Shown: positions 14,100 to 27,544, counted from the first letter of the stretch. The stretch: DNA of 64,000 bases from Octopus sinensis (GCF_006345805.1 NC_042999.1:174034001-174098000), one strand, 5' to 3'. Made by a program: numbers and translations. The notes: generated by a model not told the origin, from the sequence alone.

Positions 14100-16300
14100 A
14101 GCTAAACGTCAATAACTGTTATGTGGAACTTAGAAGAGAGTGATTGGAGCAGAAATATCATTTGATAAATAAGTGATGAGAGAGAGAAATGAGTGAAAAG
14201 GTGAATTCAATGAGTTTGAAGGGATGATTAGGAAAAACCTCACGATCGACATGCTTGCCGTAAAAATAGCCTTTGATAATTTACTCGAAGCAATAGCAAA
14301 GATTTCGTTATCAAAGCTAAGGTCTCTGGTCATAGACATTAGGGAGCGAAAGTTTTTCATTTGGCCCAGGTTGCACAGAAACAACGTGGTATCAAATCAG
14401 CAATTTAAATTTGGTCATTGACAGATAGGACTGGTGCATTTTAATGAATGTATGAGCCTTTCCTGTTGCACTTTGCTCAGCTGTTCAGGTTGAACGATAG
14501 ACCAGAGAACGTAGAAAACTTTAGTATCGTTCGTGACTGCCTCCTAGCTTGTGCTAGAAGAAACAAAATGCTGCAAAAAGTTGTTAACATCTCATGAAAT
14601 GAGTGTTCGTGTATGTAAGGGGCAATTGCCTGGTTTTGATTATCTACTCTACAACCTCTACACATACCATGCTTTTTCACTGACATCTTGGCAGAGGTCT
14701 CAGGGAACTGACAAAAAAATGGAAAAATTCCTATTTCTCTGAGCCGAGAAGTAGTAGCGCACTTCTGACACGAAAAAAGTGGACATTATTAATAATTTCC
14801 ACCCCCTAACTGTTAGCGCTTGTCCTCGGCATTGTAGTTGGGAAAGCGCAGACAAGCACAGTCCTCAGCTGTTGCTTTGGTTCTAAAGTCCACTTCATGC
14901 GATTCATTGCAGTGGGTAGCAAATCTGGATCCGGTGGCTCTCTGATTAAGGTAGATAAATCGAAAGCCTTTGATAGAATCGGCCATCGCCACTTATTGAC
15001 TATTCTTAGTTGGTTTCGTTCCCTGTTTTCAGAGGCGGAATTACTCCGATATACAACAATATCCACTTTGTGGTCATCTATCATAACCATCTCTATACAT
15101 TCCGAGGAGAGGGTTCCCTCTTAGCTCCTCTATACGTACTAACTCTTGAGCTACTACTATGGTAATTAGAGATTTATTGAAGTATCACCTTTGAATCGCA
15201 AGAACTATGCCTGCATGCGAGAACACCAGAGAGGTCTAAATGCTTGGTAATGTTCTAAAGTTATAGAAGGCAGTCTCACGAGCAAAAAGTAATGTGAATA
15301 AGTAGGATGGCTTGCGTCTCGGTACCTAGTGATTAAAGTCCCATACAACAAATCAGCATCTTAGAGAACTGAAACAACAGACTCTTTAAGTTTTTTTATG
15401 ATCTGTTTGGGTTCGATTAGCAAGTAAACAAGAACAAGGGCGAAGTTACAAATAGGATTACCAATCTTCCCCTAAACGAACAGAGAGGGAACTATGGTTG
15501 AAGTGTTGAGCAGAGGTGGTTAATTTGTAACTCACTTTCATTATATATTACTACCAAATCATTGTCTTGTCTCACTTTCGCTTGAGCAGATTGGATCATC
15601 TGCGCTTTTGCTGCTTGAGGAGTAGATGGGTTCTACTGATCGGGTTTTTCATCGGATACAAACACTTCTGTATAGATGGCTCGATATGCTGTTTTTGACT
15701 CTAAGAAAAAAGTACAGGCGATTTGACATCTACAAAGATTGCCAGGCGGTTAGTAGCCCAAGCAGTCTCCCTTTATCAGAACGTTTTTCTATGACATCTT
15801 TTTGATAGAGCTGCGTTTCTGGGTGAAGTAAAGTCTTAGACTGGATATCTGGAATGCATAATATAGTCGGCTACTCACAGCCTCGGGAAATTTGATCGCC
15901 GGAACTTCCACGTTAACATTCTTTGGTGGCCTGCTGGAGGAGAAGAGTGACGACGTTCTCTAAGCAACTTTTGTGCTGATGAAAATCAGCTAACAAGTCT
16001 GTTCTGGAAATATTGCAGTCCATGAACAATTTTGGAAGTTTAGGGAATGACACTGAGTAAGGCGGAGGATATTGCCTGGTCGAGGTAAACTCAACAGGTA
16101 CAAAAGTTCTGTCAGCTAGACACAGGGGGAAGAAACTATTTCGTTACAAATTCGTTCAGTGTCAAAACATTAATAATTTGTGGAATTTTGTCGAACAGTT
16201 GTTATCGAGAAAAGGACCGACTAGGTTATTGATCGAGTCCACTTTCAGGAAGGTGAGAGTAATGAGCATGAGCCGAGCTAATTGACCTACTCTGGGCATA
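14100..16300 (+). pseudogene. L1/Tx1-clade non-LTR retrotransposon ORF2 remnant (RT plus C-terminal region), many stops and frameshifts
   Basis: Colinear motifs: YEPFLLHFAQLF; KGQLPGFDYLLYNLY (SPGxDGLPYE); LALVLGIVVGKAQT; LIKVDKSKAFDRIGH; RGEGSLLAPLYVLTLELL (RQGCPLSP); GLRLGT; QVNKNKGEVTNRI; FVQCQNINNLWNFVEQLLSR. May extend 5' into endonuclease sequence near 13500. Confidence 0.8.
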
Positions 16301-16864
16301 TGTCTGGGGGTAGGTCATGACAGTTGTGAATGAACGTTTATCCTTCATAATAATCCAGTATTAGTAAGGGCTCATTTTTTTACTGAATCTTATTAAAAAA
16401 TAATACTAACAATGAAAGATGATCTATTGGCAACTATCTTTGGTTGGTCATGTATGTTATACTCGTTCCAGAAAATACTTTCTTCGTAATGTTTTAGTAA
16501 AATTTCCAAACTGACGAAAATGAAGTGGAATTAAAGAAGAGAGTAGTTTCTGTCGGAGAAAATTTATCTCTGTTCTCTCCTACCCAGTCATTGAACAAAT
16601 ACTGTAGTAAATCAACTGTCTTACCCTCTAATGAATGTGACATTTCATCTGTAGACACCTAATGAGATATCCCAGTATCGACATAAACAAAATCAACAAC
16701 AAAAACGATATCAACACCAACAACAACAAAAGTAACTACAACAACAATGACCAGATTAACGAAACTAACATCGTCTTCACAATAACAGTATCGCCTCTGT
16801 TACCATGAAATGAAACACGTCATTTACCAGAGCAGAAGAAATCCTAAGCAGATTTTTCCCGTTC

Positions 16865-17010
16865 TTTGAGTTCAAATTCCGCCGAGGTCGACTTTGCCTT
16901 TCAGCCTCTCGGATTCGATAAAATAAGTACCAGTTGAGTACTGGGGTCGATGTAATTGACTATCCTCCTTTCACCGAATTTCAGGCCTTGAGTCTATAGT
17001 AAAAACGATT
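16865..17010 (+). mobile_element. Family 2 SINE, 5'-truncated
   Basis: gagttcaaattccgccgaggtcgactttgcctttca... body. Confidence 0.8.
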
Positions 17011-17057
17011 ATTATTATTATCATTATTATTATTATTGTTGTTGTTGTTGTTGTTGT

Positions 17058-17261
17058 TTTGAGATTCTCGCTGTTCTATTTACGGTTGTTCTTTACTTGA
17101 AAGCAGGCAATAACAAATCACCAAAGGCTTCAAGTAGTGCTTTTTCCTGTGACTCAAAGAGACAATACTCTCCTTAGAATGCGAGCTGTGCCCAACAATG
17201 CTGTCTTCTGGATCACTTCGAGTCTGACAGCAGCTCCAATATCCTTAATATGTTTTTCTAC
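17058..17261 (-). mobile_element. Dong/R4-like family B extreme 3' end (ORF C-terminus plus 3' UTR)
   Basis: Minus-strand VEKHIKDIGAAVRLEVIQKTALLGTARILRRVLSL* parallels the R4/Dong C-terminus (cf. QKIVLTGTSHVLRRALS of family A). Flanked by (TAA)n and (CAA/TAA)n. Confidence 0.75.
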
Positions 17262-17290
17262 TATTGTTATTATTATTATTATTATTATTA

Positions 17291-18345
17291 CTTTTTTTTT
17301 CTTCTTTCAAATTTGCTTCCATTTTTTGCCGAGTGTCTTCCCGACTCCTATGGCAAAGAAACTCATAGTATACATTGGTAGGCCATTAAACCAAACTCAA
17401 TAGTTCGTTCATTAAAATTTTTTTTTTTTTTAAAGTTAAATTAAAATACATGAGCAGCAACAGTTCTCACATCGACAATGCTCTTCTCAATACGTGTGAT
17501 GTACCAGTTAAGACAATCTTTTGCACTTCTTGCAGGGATGGTAAGCCAGGGATCATTCTCATATAATTTTCGGTTACCTTCTTGATCATTCCTAGTGCTC
17601 CTACGATCACTGGTATTGTAACCGCCTTGAGATGCCACATTTTCTCAGTTTCAATGAGTAGGTCTTTATATTTTCTGAGCTTGTCAAACTCTTTCGCTGA
17701 GATATTATGATCACAGGGGATGCTCATGTCGATCAATAAGCAAACTTTATTGTTTTGGTCTTTCACAACAATATCTGGTTTATTGGCCTTGATGGTTCGG
17801 TCTGTATGTACTGGAAAGTCCCACAGAATGGTTACATTTTCTCCTTCAGTTACAGCCTCAGGGTGGTGATTATACCACTTGTCGGCAGTTTTGATATTGT
17901 AATGCCGACTTATTAGCCAGTGGAGATATTGGCCAACTCTGTCATGTCTTAATTTATACTCCACTGGTGCTAAGACTTTACATCCAGAGATTAGGTGGTC
18001 CACTGTTTCAATCATGTCGTTGCAGAATCGGCATTTTGGGTCTGCTCCATTTTTCATCACACTGGCCTGGTAGTTCCGGGTTAATAGGCTTTGATCTTGA
18101 GCAGCCAGGATGAAACCTTCGCTCTCTGCTTTTAGCCCTGAGCTCCGTAGCCACTGATGGGTTTGCTTCTGGTCAACATCAGCTTGTTTGCTGCGGGCCA
18201 CATATTTGCCGTGCAGAGTTTTCTCCTCTCACCTATCAGCCAATTGCTCGTGCGCTTTTTTCGCTGCCATTATTTTTACCTTCTTTGCAACAATAGTTGC
18301 TGTACTTCCCTCGGGTTGTTCAGTTTGGGTATCCTGCACGAGATC

Positions 18346-18349
<4 letters not shown>
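17291..18349 (-). mobile_element. 5'-truncated Dong/R4-clade RLE retrotransposon (family A) inserted in (TAA)n
   Basis: Coding portion plus ~175-nt 3' UTR ending in an A-rich tail; TAA repeats on both sides. Confidence 0.9.
17467..18349 (-). pseudogene. R4/Dong ORF C-terminus: CCHC zinc knuckle plus restriction-like endonuclease
   Basis: CRFCNDMIETVDHLISGC, RHD, KPDIVV...LIDMSIP...K, IPVIVGALG. One in-frame stop (TGA) near 18230; 5'-truncated. Confidence 0.92.
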
Positions 18350-18408
<59 letters not shown>

Positions 18409-18454
18409 GTTATTATTATTATCATTATTATTATTATTATTGTTATTATTATTA

Positions 18455-18512
<58 letters not shown>
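18349..18512. repeat. (ATT)n array; mirrored by (AAT)n at 18939-19011
   Basis: Seen directly. Confidence 0.97.
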
Positions 18513-18513
18513 G

Positions 18514-18937
18514 AAGGTGGTGGGCTGGCAGAGTCGTTAGCACGCCGGAGGAAATGCTTAGCTGCATTTCGTCTGTCTTACGTTATGAGTTAAAATGCAG
18601 CCGAGGTCGACTTTGTCTTTCATCCCTGGCCTTTCATCGATAAAACAAATACCAGTCAAGGCAGCAAGCTGGCAGGTTCGTTACCACACTGGACAAACTG
18701 ATTAACAGCATTTCTTCAGACTTCATGTTCTGCGTTCAAATATTGCGAGGTCAACTTTGTCCGGTGTGGTAACGAACCTGCCAGCTTGCTGCCTTGACTG
18801 GTATTTGTTTTATCAATGAAAGGCCAGGAATGAAAAACAAAGTCGACCTCGGCTGCATTTGAACTCAGAACGTAAGACAGATGAAATGCAGCTAAGCATT
18901 TCCCCCGGCGTGCTAACGACTCTGCCAGCCCACCACC

Positions 18938-18939
<2 letters not shown>
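18514..18939. repeat. Inverted duplication of a SINE-derived segment (184-bp arms, 58-bp spacer)
   Basis: Arms 18514-18697 and 18756-18939, about 8 mismatches counted by eye. Confidence 0.92.
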
Positions 18940-19012
<73 letters not shown>

Positions 19013-19177
19013 GTAGAAAAACATATTAAGGATATTGGAGCTGCTGTCAGGCTCGAAGTGATCCAGAAGACAGCATTGTTGGGCACAGCTCGCATTCTAA
19101 GGAGAGTATTGTCTCTTTGAGTCACAGGAAAAATCACTACTTGAAGCCTTTGGTGATTTGTTACTGCTTGCTTTCAA
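19013..19177 (+). mobile_element. Dong/R4 family B 3' end, second copy
   Basis: Reverse complement of 17097-17261 with about 4 mismatches. Confidence 0.8.
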
Positions 19178-19319
19178 CGTTACCGTTTATCCTTTCGGGG
19201 ATGATAAAATAAGTACCAGTTGGTCACTGGATTCGATTTATTGGCACAAGTTTTGTGCCTATAGTAGAAACAATTTATTATTATTATTATTATTATTATA
19301 TTATTATTATTATTATTAT

Positions 19320-19530
19320 TGAGTGAGAGAGCAGTGCATGCCATCAAAGTGACACTGGGGTAAAATATATGAAGCCTGGTATACCCATCATGACTACCCG
19401 TCTGATAAGGGTACACCAGGCACATGCATCACAACCATCAAGATAAAGATTGCATGCCCTTGCAGTTGAGGCCCAGTTAAAATTTTCTTTTGGTCGAGTA
19501 GCCCATCCCACTCAAAAGGTCCCTGAATAA
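19320..19530 (-). mobile_element. (AAT)n-tailed non-coding interspersed repeat, internally deleted copy
   Basis: Matches 24020-24255 (...gatggcatgcactgctctctcactc-aataat); embedded in ATT/AAT arrays. Confidence 0.75.
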
Positions 19531-19538
19531 TAATAATA

Positions 19539-19604
<66 letters not shown>

Positions 19605-20644
19605 GGACCGATTTAATCGACTATATTTCCTCTGCTTTAGTAAATAGTGCTTTGTGCTCAGCAAATGAAAACCAATATTTTCATATTTACAAAATGGAAG
19701 GAATATAGAAAGTGGTTACACACATATATTATACATAGCAATAGAATAAATAGAATAAATAGCAATGGATTTGTTCATTCCTTTTGTGAAATATTCTTTG
19801 CTGTTCAGAAGTAAAGGAATTATTGAAATGCTTTTCAAATACTTTTAAAAAAAAAACAAATAAAAAGAAATAATCATCAAAATTGAAATTGATTTCGCAG
19901 GTTTACATTTCGTAAATAGTATATTGTTATTGCGGTACAAGGAAAACACATTTCAGCTGAAAAGTTGAAGAAAAAAATGAAAGAAATATAAGAATGAATC
20001 TATTGAATGTGAAGTGGATATATAATAAAGAATAATGCGCTTTTGCAATAAGCAAGTCCTGTCAACTGCATACAATAAAATGTTTTGATAAATATTTTGA
20101 GGGGAAAAGCGATGAAACAAATCTATCATTTAACCAAAACCGTTACTGTTTTTAAAATTTTGCTTTTCTTAAATACTGGATTAATAGCTGGATAGTTTCC
20201 TATAACGAAAAGATAATAATGCCAAAAACAAATCACATCATTCAGCAAGGCTGAAGAAATTCACACACCGTGAATACAATTAAGAGACAAATGTGTCAAC
20301 TGGTTTATTTATACATCTGTATAAAGTATTTTACTAAACGAGCAATAAATTTCAACTGCAATATTTACAATGCTTTTTTCTGTTTTGTTGTTTATGACAG
20401 TCTCATGCATAAGGCTGATATGTCATTAATAAAGTTTGATGTATGTTTTTATTGATTACAATCTTTGTTTTAGTTCCTTACAAAACGGTGTATATATTCC
20501 ATTATTTATCCTTTAGCGGCTGGTGTACAACGGTAAGGAAGCAGAAACAGTAGAGTACCGTATCGTATAGTTGTATTCTTTTTTTATGCTCCTTTCGTAA
20601 TGGATTTGGCATGTTTTGTGGATCAATAAATAATTAATTCTTAT

Positions 20645-21050
20645 TTCTTTATTGCCCATAAGGGGCTAAACATAGACAAGGACAGACAAACGGATTAATT
20701 CGATTACATCGACCACAGTGTATAACTGGTACTTAATTTATGGACCCCGAAAGGATGAAAGGCAAAGTCGACCTCGGTAGAATTTGAACTCAGAACGTAA
20801 CGGCAGACGAAATACCTATTTCTTTACTACCCACAGGGGGATAAACACAGAGAGGACAAACAAGGACAGACAAACGAATTAAGTCGATTATATCGACGCC
20901 AGTGCGTAACTGGTACTTATTTAATCGACCCTGAAAGGATGAAAGGCAAAGTCAACTTCGGCGGAATTTGAACTCAGAACGTAGCGGCAGACGAAATACC
21001 GCTAAGCACTTCGTCCGGTGTGCCAACGTTTCTGCCAGCTCGCCGCCTTA
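20645..21050 (-). mobile_element. Head-to-tail dimer of family 2 SINE
   Basis: Full copy ~20815-21050 and a head-truncated copy ~20645-20818, joined at gaaatacc. Confidence 0.85.
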
Positions 21051-21731
21051 TTTTAATAATTAATTCGGGTTAAATACTAGAGTTTATTAAGTGGACTACA
21101 AGCTTCTCTACAATACCCGTTCTCTAGTGTCACAGTTATAAGTTACATTCTTCAGGGAAAAGAGTTACTTTGTGTTGACCATCACATTTTCAAATTTATG
21201 TCATATGAAGTAGGTTCGACTCTTGCTTATCTTTACACGAGCAACAGAATCATTATTAGTAACGGCTTCTTGCTGGCTACTCACCTACTATACGGAAATT
21301 GAACCTACGACCGAGGAAACGGAATTATTATTTAGATCATTATTAAAGCATGCGGTAAGATCCAGCTAGTTGCAATCGTCATGACGATTCAATCCTCGGA
21401 GAAAACCTTTTCATTTATTTACATTTGAAGCCATGAATATCGCAACTTTTCTAGCGCTGAAATAAAGTGCCTGTGGGCTAGTCGTAAACAATATTTCAAT
21501 CATTTCTTGGCAAATGTCGCTGAGTTTAAATTAATTTACTGTTGAAATGCATTAATTTCATTTTCCTATTTAATATCCTGGAGAAATACATAAATATAAT
21601 GCATTCCATTTCCCTAACCTTGCATGCTTAAAAATTTGTACCAAAGAATTATCTTTATATATATATATGAATAAAAATAATAATAAAACATACATATATA
21701 TACATTATACATATATAGATATTTACATATC

Positions 21732-21763
<32 letters not shown>

Positions 21764-22976
21764 ATACATGTGTGCGTGCGTGTGTGTGTGTGTGTGTGTG
21801 AGTGACTCTGTGTATGTACATGTAAAATGAAGGAATAGTTAAGGTATTAGTCTATCAACTCACGAAGAATTGATGTAATAACTACTGCAAGCATTTTGAT
21901 TTGTCTGCAGGCAAAACACTATTTAACTAGCTTCAGCTTAACAGGTTGGATAGTAAATATCATAACTAACTGAAAAATTACTTTCACTATACTAGCGCCC
22001 AATCAATATTTAAATAATTTAGTAATGTAAATCATACGACAATACAGATACAAATTTACCTAAATGCAACGGACACGAAACCCAGCAAAACAAAAAAAAA
22101 CATGCATAAAGTGTCTTCTTGCATGAACTAAATGCAGGCCATAGTATATAAATGGACATGCTATTAAAATCTCGTAAAACTGAACACTATGTACATTATA
22201 TTAACACTTAGATTCAATTAATGCTAAAACGTCTCAGTTTAGGAAGATAGCGAACCGATCGAGATGAAATACTCAATCGAATTTGATGAGGTTCCATTTC
22301 AGGTTTTAAATCCCGTTGCGGTCTGCTTTGCTTAATAGCTCTCATTATATAATCTACTTTAAACCACTGTTCATCTGATTCAATTGGCTTTAGCAACTAC
22401 GCATAGATGTAACAATAATATATACAATACAACAGCTACACAAAGACTGAATTTTTCCTCACAATACTCGTTCAAGTGCAATTCTTTCCTAGATTCAATT
22501 GACGATTAATAGAAACATTGTACTGACCTGTGCTGAAGAGTACAAGAAGCCTACAACGTACACAAGTATTTAAACTACGTTTTTAAAAGTTGAGCACATT
22601 CTTGTGTTCTGATTTTGTAATACAAAATGAAAATGTGATTGTGATTAAACCATATACTATATATATGGTATATATATGTCAATGCATATGCATGTGTGTG
22701 TGAGTGTGAATTTCATTTGAAAAGACTTTAGATGTTGAAACAAATACAGCTTTATTTTAGAGACGTCTTCCAGCAAGTAACTCATGTTTTTTACAGTTCT
22801 CCATTTTGCATTTTCTCTGTGTCTGGTTTTTGGCTGGGAAGCACGCGTGTGTGAGCGCATTTGTGAAAGTATACTTGTTACACTGTGCATGCGCAGTTGT
22901 AGTTGCCATAGTGATGTGTATTTATACTGATGTGCTATATGTGTATTTGTGGTTATGCTGTTGTTATCACACTATG

Positions 22977-23023
<47 letters not shown>

Positions 23024-23049
23024 GCTTACATATACATACACACACACAA

Positions 23050-23080
<31 letters not shown>

Positions 23081-23559
23081 GTATGAACTAAATGTAAACC
23101 AAGAACATACGACCATGCTATTAAAATATCATAAAAAGCAGAGACACCATATGCATTACATCAACACTGAGATTCAATTAAAACTAAAATGTCATGGTTT
23201 ACAAAAGTACAGAGCCAATCTAGTAGCAATATGTGCATGTGCATGTGTGTGTTTATATAGGTGTGTATGTATGTATGTGTGTGCATGTGTGCGTATGCCT
23301 GTATGCATGTATGTTTATTTTTCTGTCAGTTGATCAGATGACAGATTTTTTTACTAGTTTTCATTGCCTACTGTTTTCAAAAGAGGGTCACGTACTTTTA
23401 ATCGGCAAGTGTATGAGCATTATATATAATATATATATATATATATGTGTGTGTTATGTGTGTGTGTGTGCATGTATATATATATATATATATATAGATA
23501 TGTATATATAAATGTATAGATATGTATGTATATATATATATATATATATACATATACAA

Positions 23560-23560
23560 A

Positions 23561-23595
<35 letters not shown>

Positions 23596-23793
23596 AGAAG
23601 AACAGGAAGAACAAGAAGAACAAGAACAAGAACAAGAACAAGAACAAGAACAAGAACAAGAAGAAGAAGAAGAAGAAGAAGAAGAAGAAGAAGAAGAAGA
23701 AGAAGAAGAAGAAGAAGAAGAAGAAGAAGAAGAAGAAGAAGAAGAAGAAGAAGAAGAAGAAGAAGAAGAAGAAGAAGAAGAAGAAGAAGAAGA
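23560..23793. repeat. (GAA)n with (GAACAA)n interruptions
   Basis: Seen directly. Confidence 0.97.
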
Positions 23794-24253
23794 ATGGGCT
23801 ACAGCAAATATTCTGCTCAATACCACAGATTTGCTTGTCAGTTGTTTGATCTTAACCTGTTGAGTATGTCCCTTAGTGGCTGGCGATATGTGCATCTCTG
23901 ATCACAAGCAGAAGTAGTAGGGGAGCATCATAGCCATGTGTTGAGAGGGATTCTTTGGGATTTGAATAATTCACCTCTAGAAACATGGATGTTTCGTTCA
24001 ACATCCTTAAACAACCCTTATTCAGGGACCTTTTGAGCGGGATGGGTTGCTCTGCCAGAAGAAAATTCTAACTGGGCCCCACCTGCAAAGTCATGTGCTG
24101 TTTATCTTGATATGAGATCACCATGTCGCGCACATATGGTTGTGATGCATGTGCCTAGTGTACCCTTATCAGACGGGTAGTCATGATGGGTATACTGGGC
24201 TTCGTATATTTTACCCCAGTGTCACTTTGATGGCATGCACTGCTCTCTCACTC

Positions 24254-24298
<45 letters not shown>
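23794..24298 (+). mobile_element. (AAT)n-tailed non-coding interspersed repeat (~460 bp)
   Basis: Second copy at 19320-19530; ends in an (AAT)n tail; no recognisable ORF. Confidence 0.7.
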
Positions 24299-24299
<1 letters not shown>

Positions 24300-24436
24300 G
24301 TGCTAATGTTTATATATTTACAATAAACATAGGAATACAATGTGGAATAATATAGTATAATATAATACGATACATATGATATAATTTAATAGTGTGCTAT
24401 AATATATGTAGCGCTATATATGTGCGTATGTATGCA

Positions 24437-24467
<31 letters not shown>

Positions 24468-24513
24468 TATATATATATAAGTATATATATGTATATACAT
24501 ACATATATAAGTA

Positions 24514-24544
<31 letters not shown>

Positions 24545-24780
24545 GAATATACATACATATACATATGCATATATGTACATATATATATATATATGTATAC
24601 ATATATGTATACACACCCACACACACACTCACATATATATATATTGCTACATGTATTATAGCACACAATATTAAATAATATTATATTGTATCGCTTTATA
24701 TTATATTATATTATATTATATTATTCCACAGTGTGTTCCTGTGTTTATTTTATAGTAAATATATTAACATTAGCACCATC
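24296..24780. repeat. Imperfect palindrome around a TA/TG microsatellite core
   Basis: atggtgctaatgtt...tgtggaataa...gtgtgctataat (24296-24415) versus its reverse complement at ~24645-24780. Confidence 0.8.
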
Positions 24781-24816
24781 ATCAGAATCAGCATCATCAT
24801 TACTATTATTATTATA

Positions 24817-24857
<41 letters not shown>

Positions 24858-24885
24858 CATCATCATCATCATCATCATCATCATC

Positions 24886-24943
<58 letters not shown>

Positions 24944-26049
24944 ACATCATCATCATCATTTTACTATTATCTCATATTCGCATTATTATTACTATTTATG
25001 ATTTCGGCGCCCTCTGTTATTTCACCACAAGTTTATTTTTTGAAAGACTTGCGTGTACGTTTGTATGGGTGCACTGCAAGATTTTAATTTCGATATTATT
25101 TATTGATCTACATATTTATGGCATGCTGTTGTTCATAGAAAATTACTCTCATTGTATGGTTGCCTCCCCAATAATCTTCGATCTTTTCATCTTTAATACG
25201 TGCTGTTCTTTTATATATGCTGAAGTAGTGTGCCTATACTTTCCCTCCAGGTATCTCATACGCTATACTTTGTCCCTAGCTTTTCAATATAGATATGGAT
25301 AGTTTTTCCAAATTTTCCCTTTATTCTCGGCACTGGAAAAAAAACCAGCCCACTAGTAAACTATAAAATTAAGGTTGTACTGTACTGCATCAGATTCCTT
25401 GAGATACAGTTCAGAAATACCTCTATAGCCTGTATGGGGTTGGGAGAATTGAAGAACATTCACATGAAAACAATTCGAAGAGATTGACGTTTATATAACC
25501 GATCGATAAATTATTCCCCAAGGATGGAATCCCATGCGACACGGCCCTAATCAAAATCGAATGAACAACATAACGGTACGAAATTTATTTATATCAACCG
25601 AACTGGCTCTATCTTCAAATGATCTGACAAATTCCTTCACGAAATATCATACAAGCCACTGACAGTCGGATATGTTTCAAACAACGACAACTACTTACTC
25701 TACTGCTCTTTGTTGTGCCAAAATATAACATTAAATTTTTTATTAACTGGTATTGTTAATTACGGCCTAGTACTCACTGATTTTAGTTGAAACTTAACTT
25801 GCATTTATATGCTTATATTTTGATATTCTGTTATTTGCTTTTCAGTGCTCAACAAGTACACATATACATACTCACTGACGCATTCATACATACGTATAAC
25901 AGTAGTAGACTAGCTTGTGGTGAGGCACAACTTTTAGTTTATATAAGAAAACGTTCCAAAGTCTTGAAAACCGCAGTTCTCCACCTTAACACAGAATAAA
26001 GAATTGAATGATTCGGGTGATTCAATAACCTTATCAATAAATGTAACTT

Positions 26050-26295
26050 CAGAGATAACTGACACTCTGTCGGTTACGAAGACGGGGGTTCCAATTGATC
26101 CGATCAGCAGAACAGCCTGCTCGTGAAGTGAACATATAAGTGGCTGTGAACTCCACAGACACGAGTACCCTTAACGTAGCTTTCAGGAAAATTCAGAATG
26201 TAACATGGTTGGCTCTTTGAAATGCAGGTACTACTTATTTTTGCCAGCTGGGTGGACTAGAGAACGTGAAATAAAGTGTCTTGCTCAAGGACACT
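26050..26295 (-). mobile_element. tRNA-derived SINE family 3 body
   Basis: Reverse complement gtgtccttgagcaagacactttatttcacgtt...cagctggcaaaaat is shared with 37200-37460. Confidence 0.7.
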
Positions 26296-26819
26296 ACAGG
26301 AATAAGATACATTAAAATCATTTGCAACTAAGCACTATCGAATATCCACATGGATATAAAACTTCAGTTATAAAATCCTTATTGAACAGAAAATTTAGAT
26401 TTAGATTCTCCTCCCAAATCAAAGTAAAAGGATGACAAGCATTTAAATAATTTAGTAGATCACATTAAATGACACAGAAAATAAAACTCATATGACATCC
26501 TTTGAAAATAAACAAGCTAAATAAAATGTATTATGTGAATGAAATTATATTAATTCTTGAATAGACTGGCAGTTTTCAAACTACGGAACACTAACATTTC
26601 ACAAACTTATGAACTACCACCAATTGTATATTTTGTGAACACGAAAATCAAAACTTTCTTCAACACTAAACTACACGTTAGTCGATAACAAACATACAAA
26701 ATTCAGATGAAAAGTATGAACGTTCTAAATATATGATATTGGACATAAAATTGCTTTCTCACCGAATGATCATGCGTCCAAAATTCTGAGGAAACCTAGA
26801 TAGAAAACGAGTTGTTGAT

Positions 26820-27190
26820 AGCACAGATCACCGGCACCGATCATCGACCCTATCACATCACTGACTCCACCTGCAATATCATCTACCAACATCATCTACT
26901 GCATCTCCTGCTCTCTCTGCTCTTCTCTATACATCGGGCAAACGGGACGCCGCTTGGCTGATTGGTTCGCGGAGTACCTCCGAGATATCCGACTCGACAA
27001 TGACACCCTGGTCTCGCGCCATTTCTACTCTATCACTTTAAGAATTATGTTGTCATCAGGAGAGCATGCGCACTGTTTCAGGACCCTCCTTTCATCGGTA
27101 CTATTGCGCACCACCTCCCTCACTGAGATGAGCCCAAACTAACTAGATCAACTAGTTATTAGGCTTCACTCAATATTCTCCTAGCCATTG
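26820..27190 (+). pseudogene. PLE (Neptune-type) GIY-YIG endonuclease fragment
   Basis: From 26882: STNIIYCISCSLCSSLYIGQTGRRLADWFAEYLRDIRLDNDTLVSRHF. This has the IIY...YIG motif with CxxC and the catalytic R region. Confidence 0.85.
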
Positions 27191-27424
27191 CTTATCGTCT
27201 CTTTTTAACGTAATCCAGTGGCTTGTCTTCCTCAGTTGCAGCGTGGATACCGTTCATAATGATATTTGCTTTACGATAAGTAAGTTCGAGCGAGAAGAAT
27301 CATCGCCTCATATTCCTTTCAATGAATCCTGAACATCCAACTAATACATATATGTATGTGTGTGTATACATATATATACATACATACATACATATATATA
27401 TATATGTGTGGTGTGTGTGTGTGT

Positions 27425-27465
<41 letters not shown>

Positions 27466-27487
27466 TGTGTGTGTGTGTGTGTTTGTA

Positions 27488-27541
<54 letters not shown>

Positions 27542-27544
<3 letters not shown>

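Noticed and set aside
20505-20565. gcgg-CTGGTGT...agcaGAAAC-agtaga-GTA-ccg, resembling the 9792 hammerhead
   Set aside because: Two core mismatches and no stem II; possibly a relic but too decayed to call.
22525-22570. CTGAAGA-gtac...gtac hairpin
   Set aside because: No GAAA follows the stem.
23398-23901. Poly-E/K/R/S ORFs (also 4199-4445, 18157-18567, 24733-25302)
   Set aside because: Triplet microsatellite artefacts.
25400-25720. Possible PLE RT relic (EISYKP/TDSR across a frameshift)
   Set aside because: Only one short motif; needs a translated HMM search.
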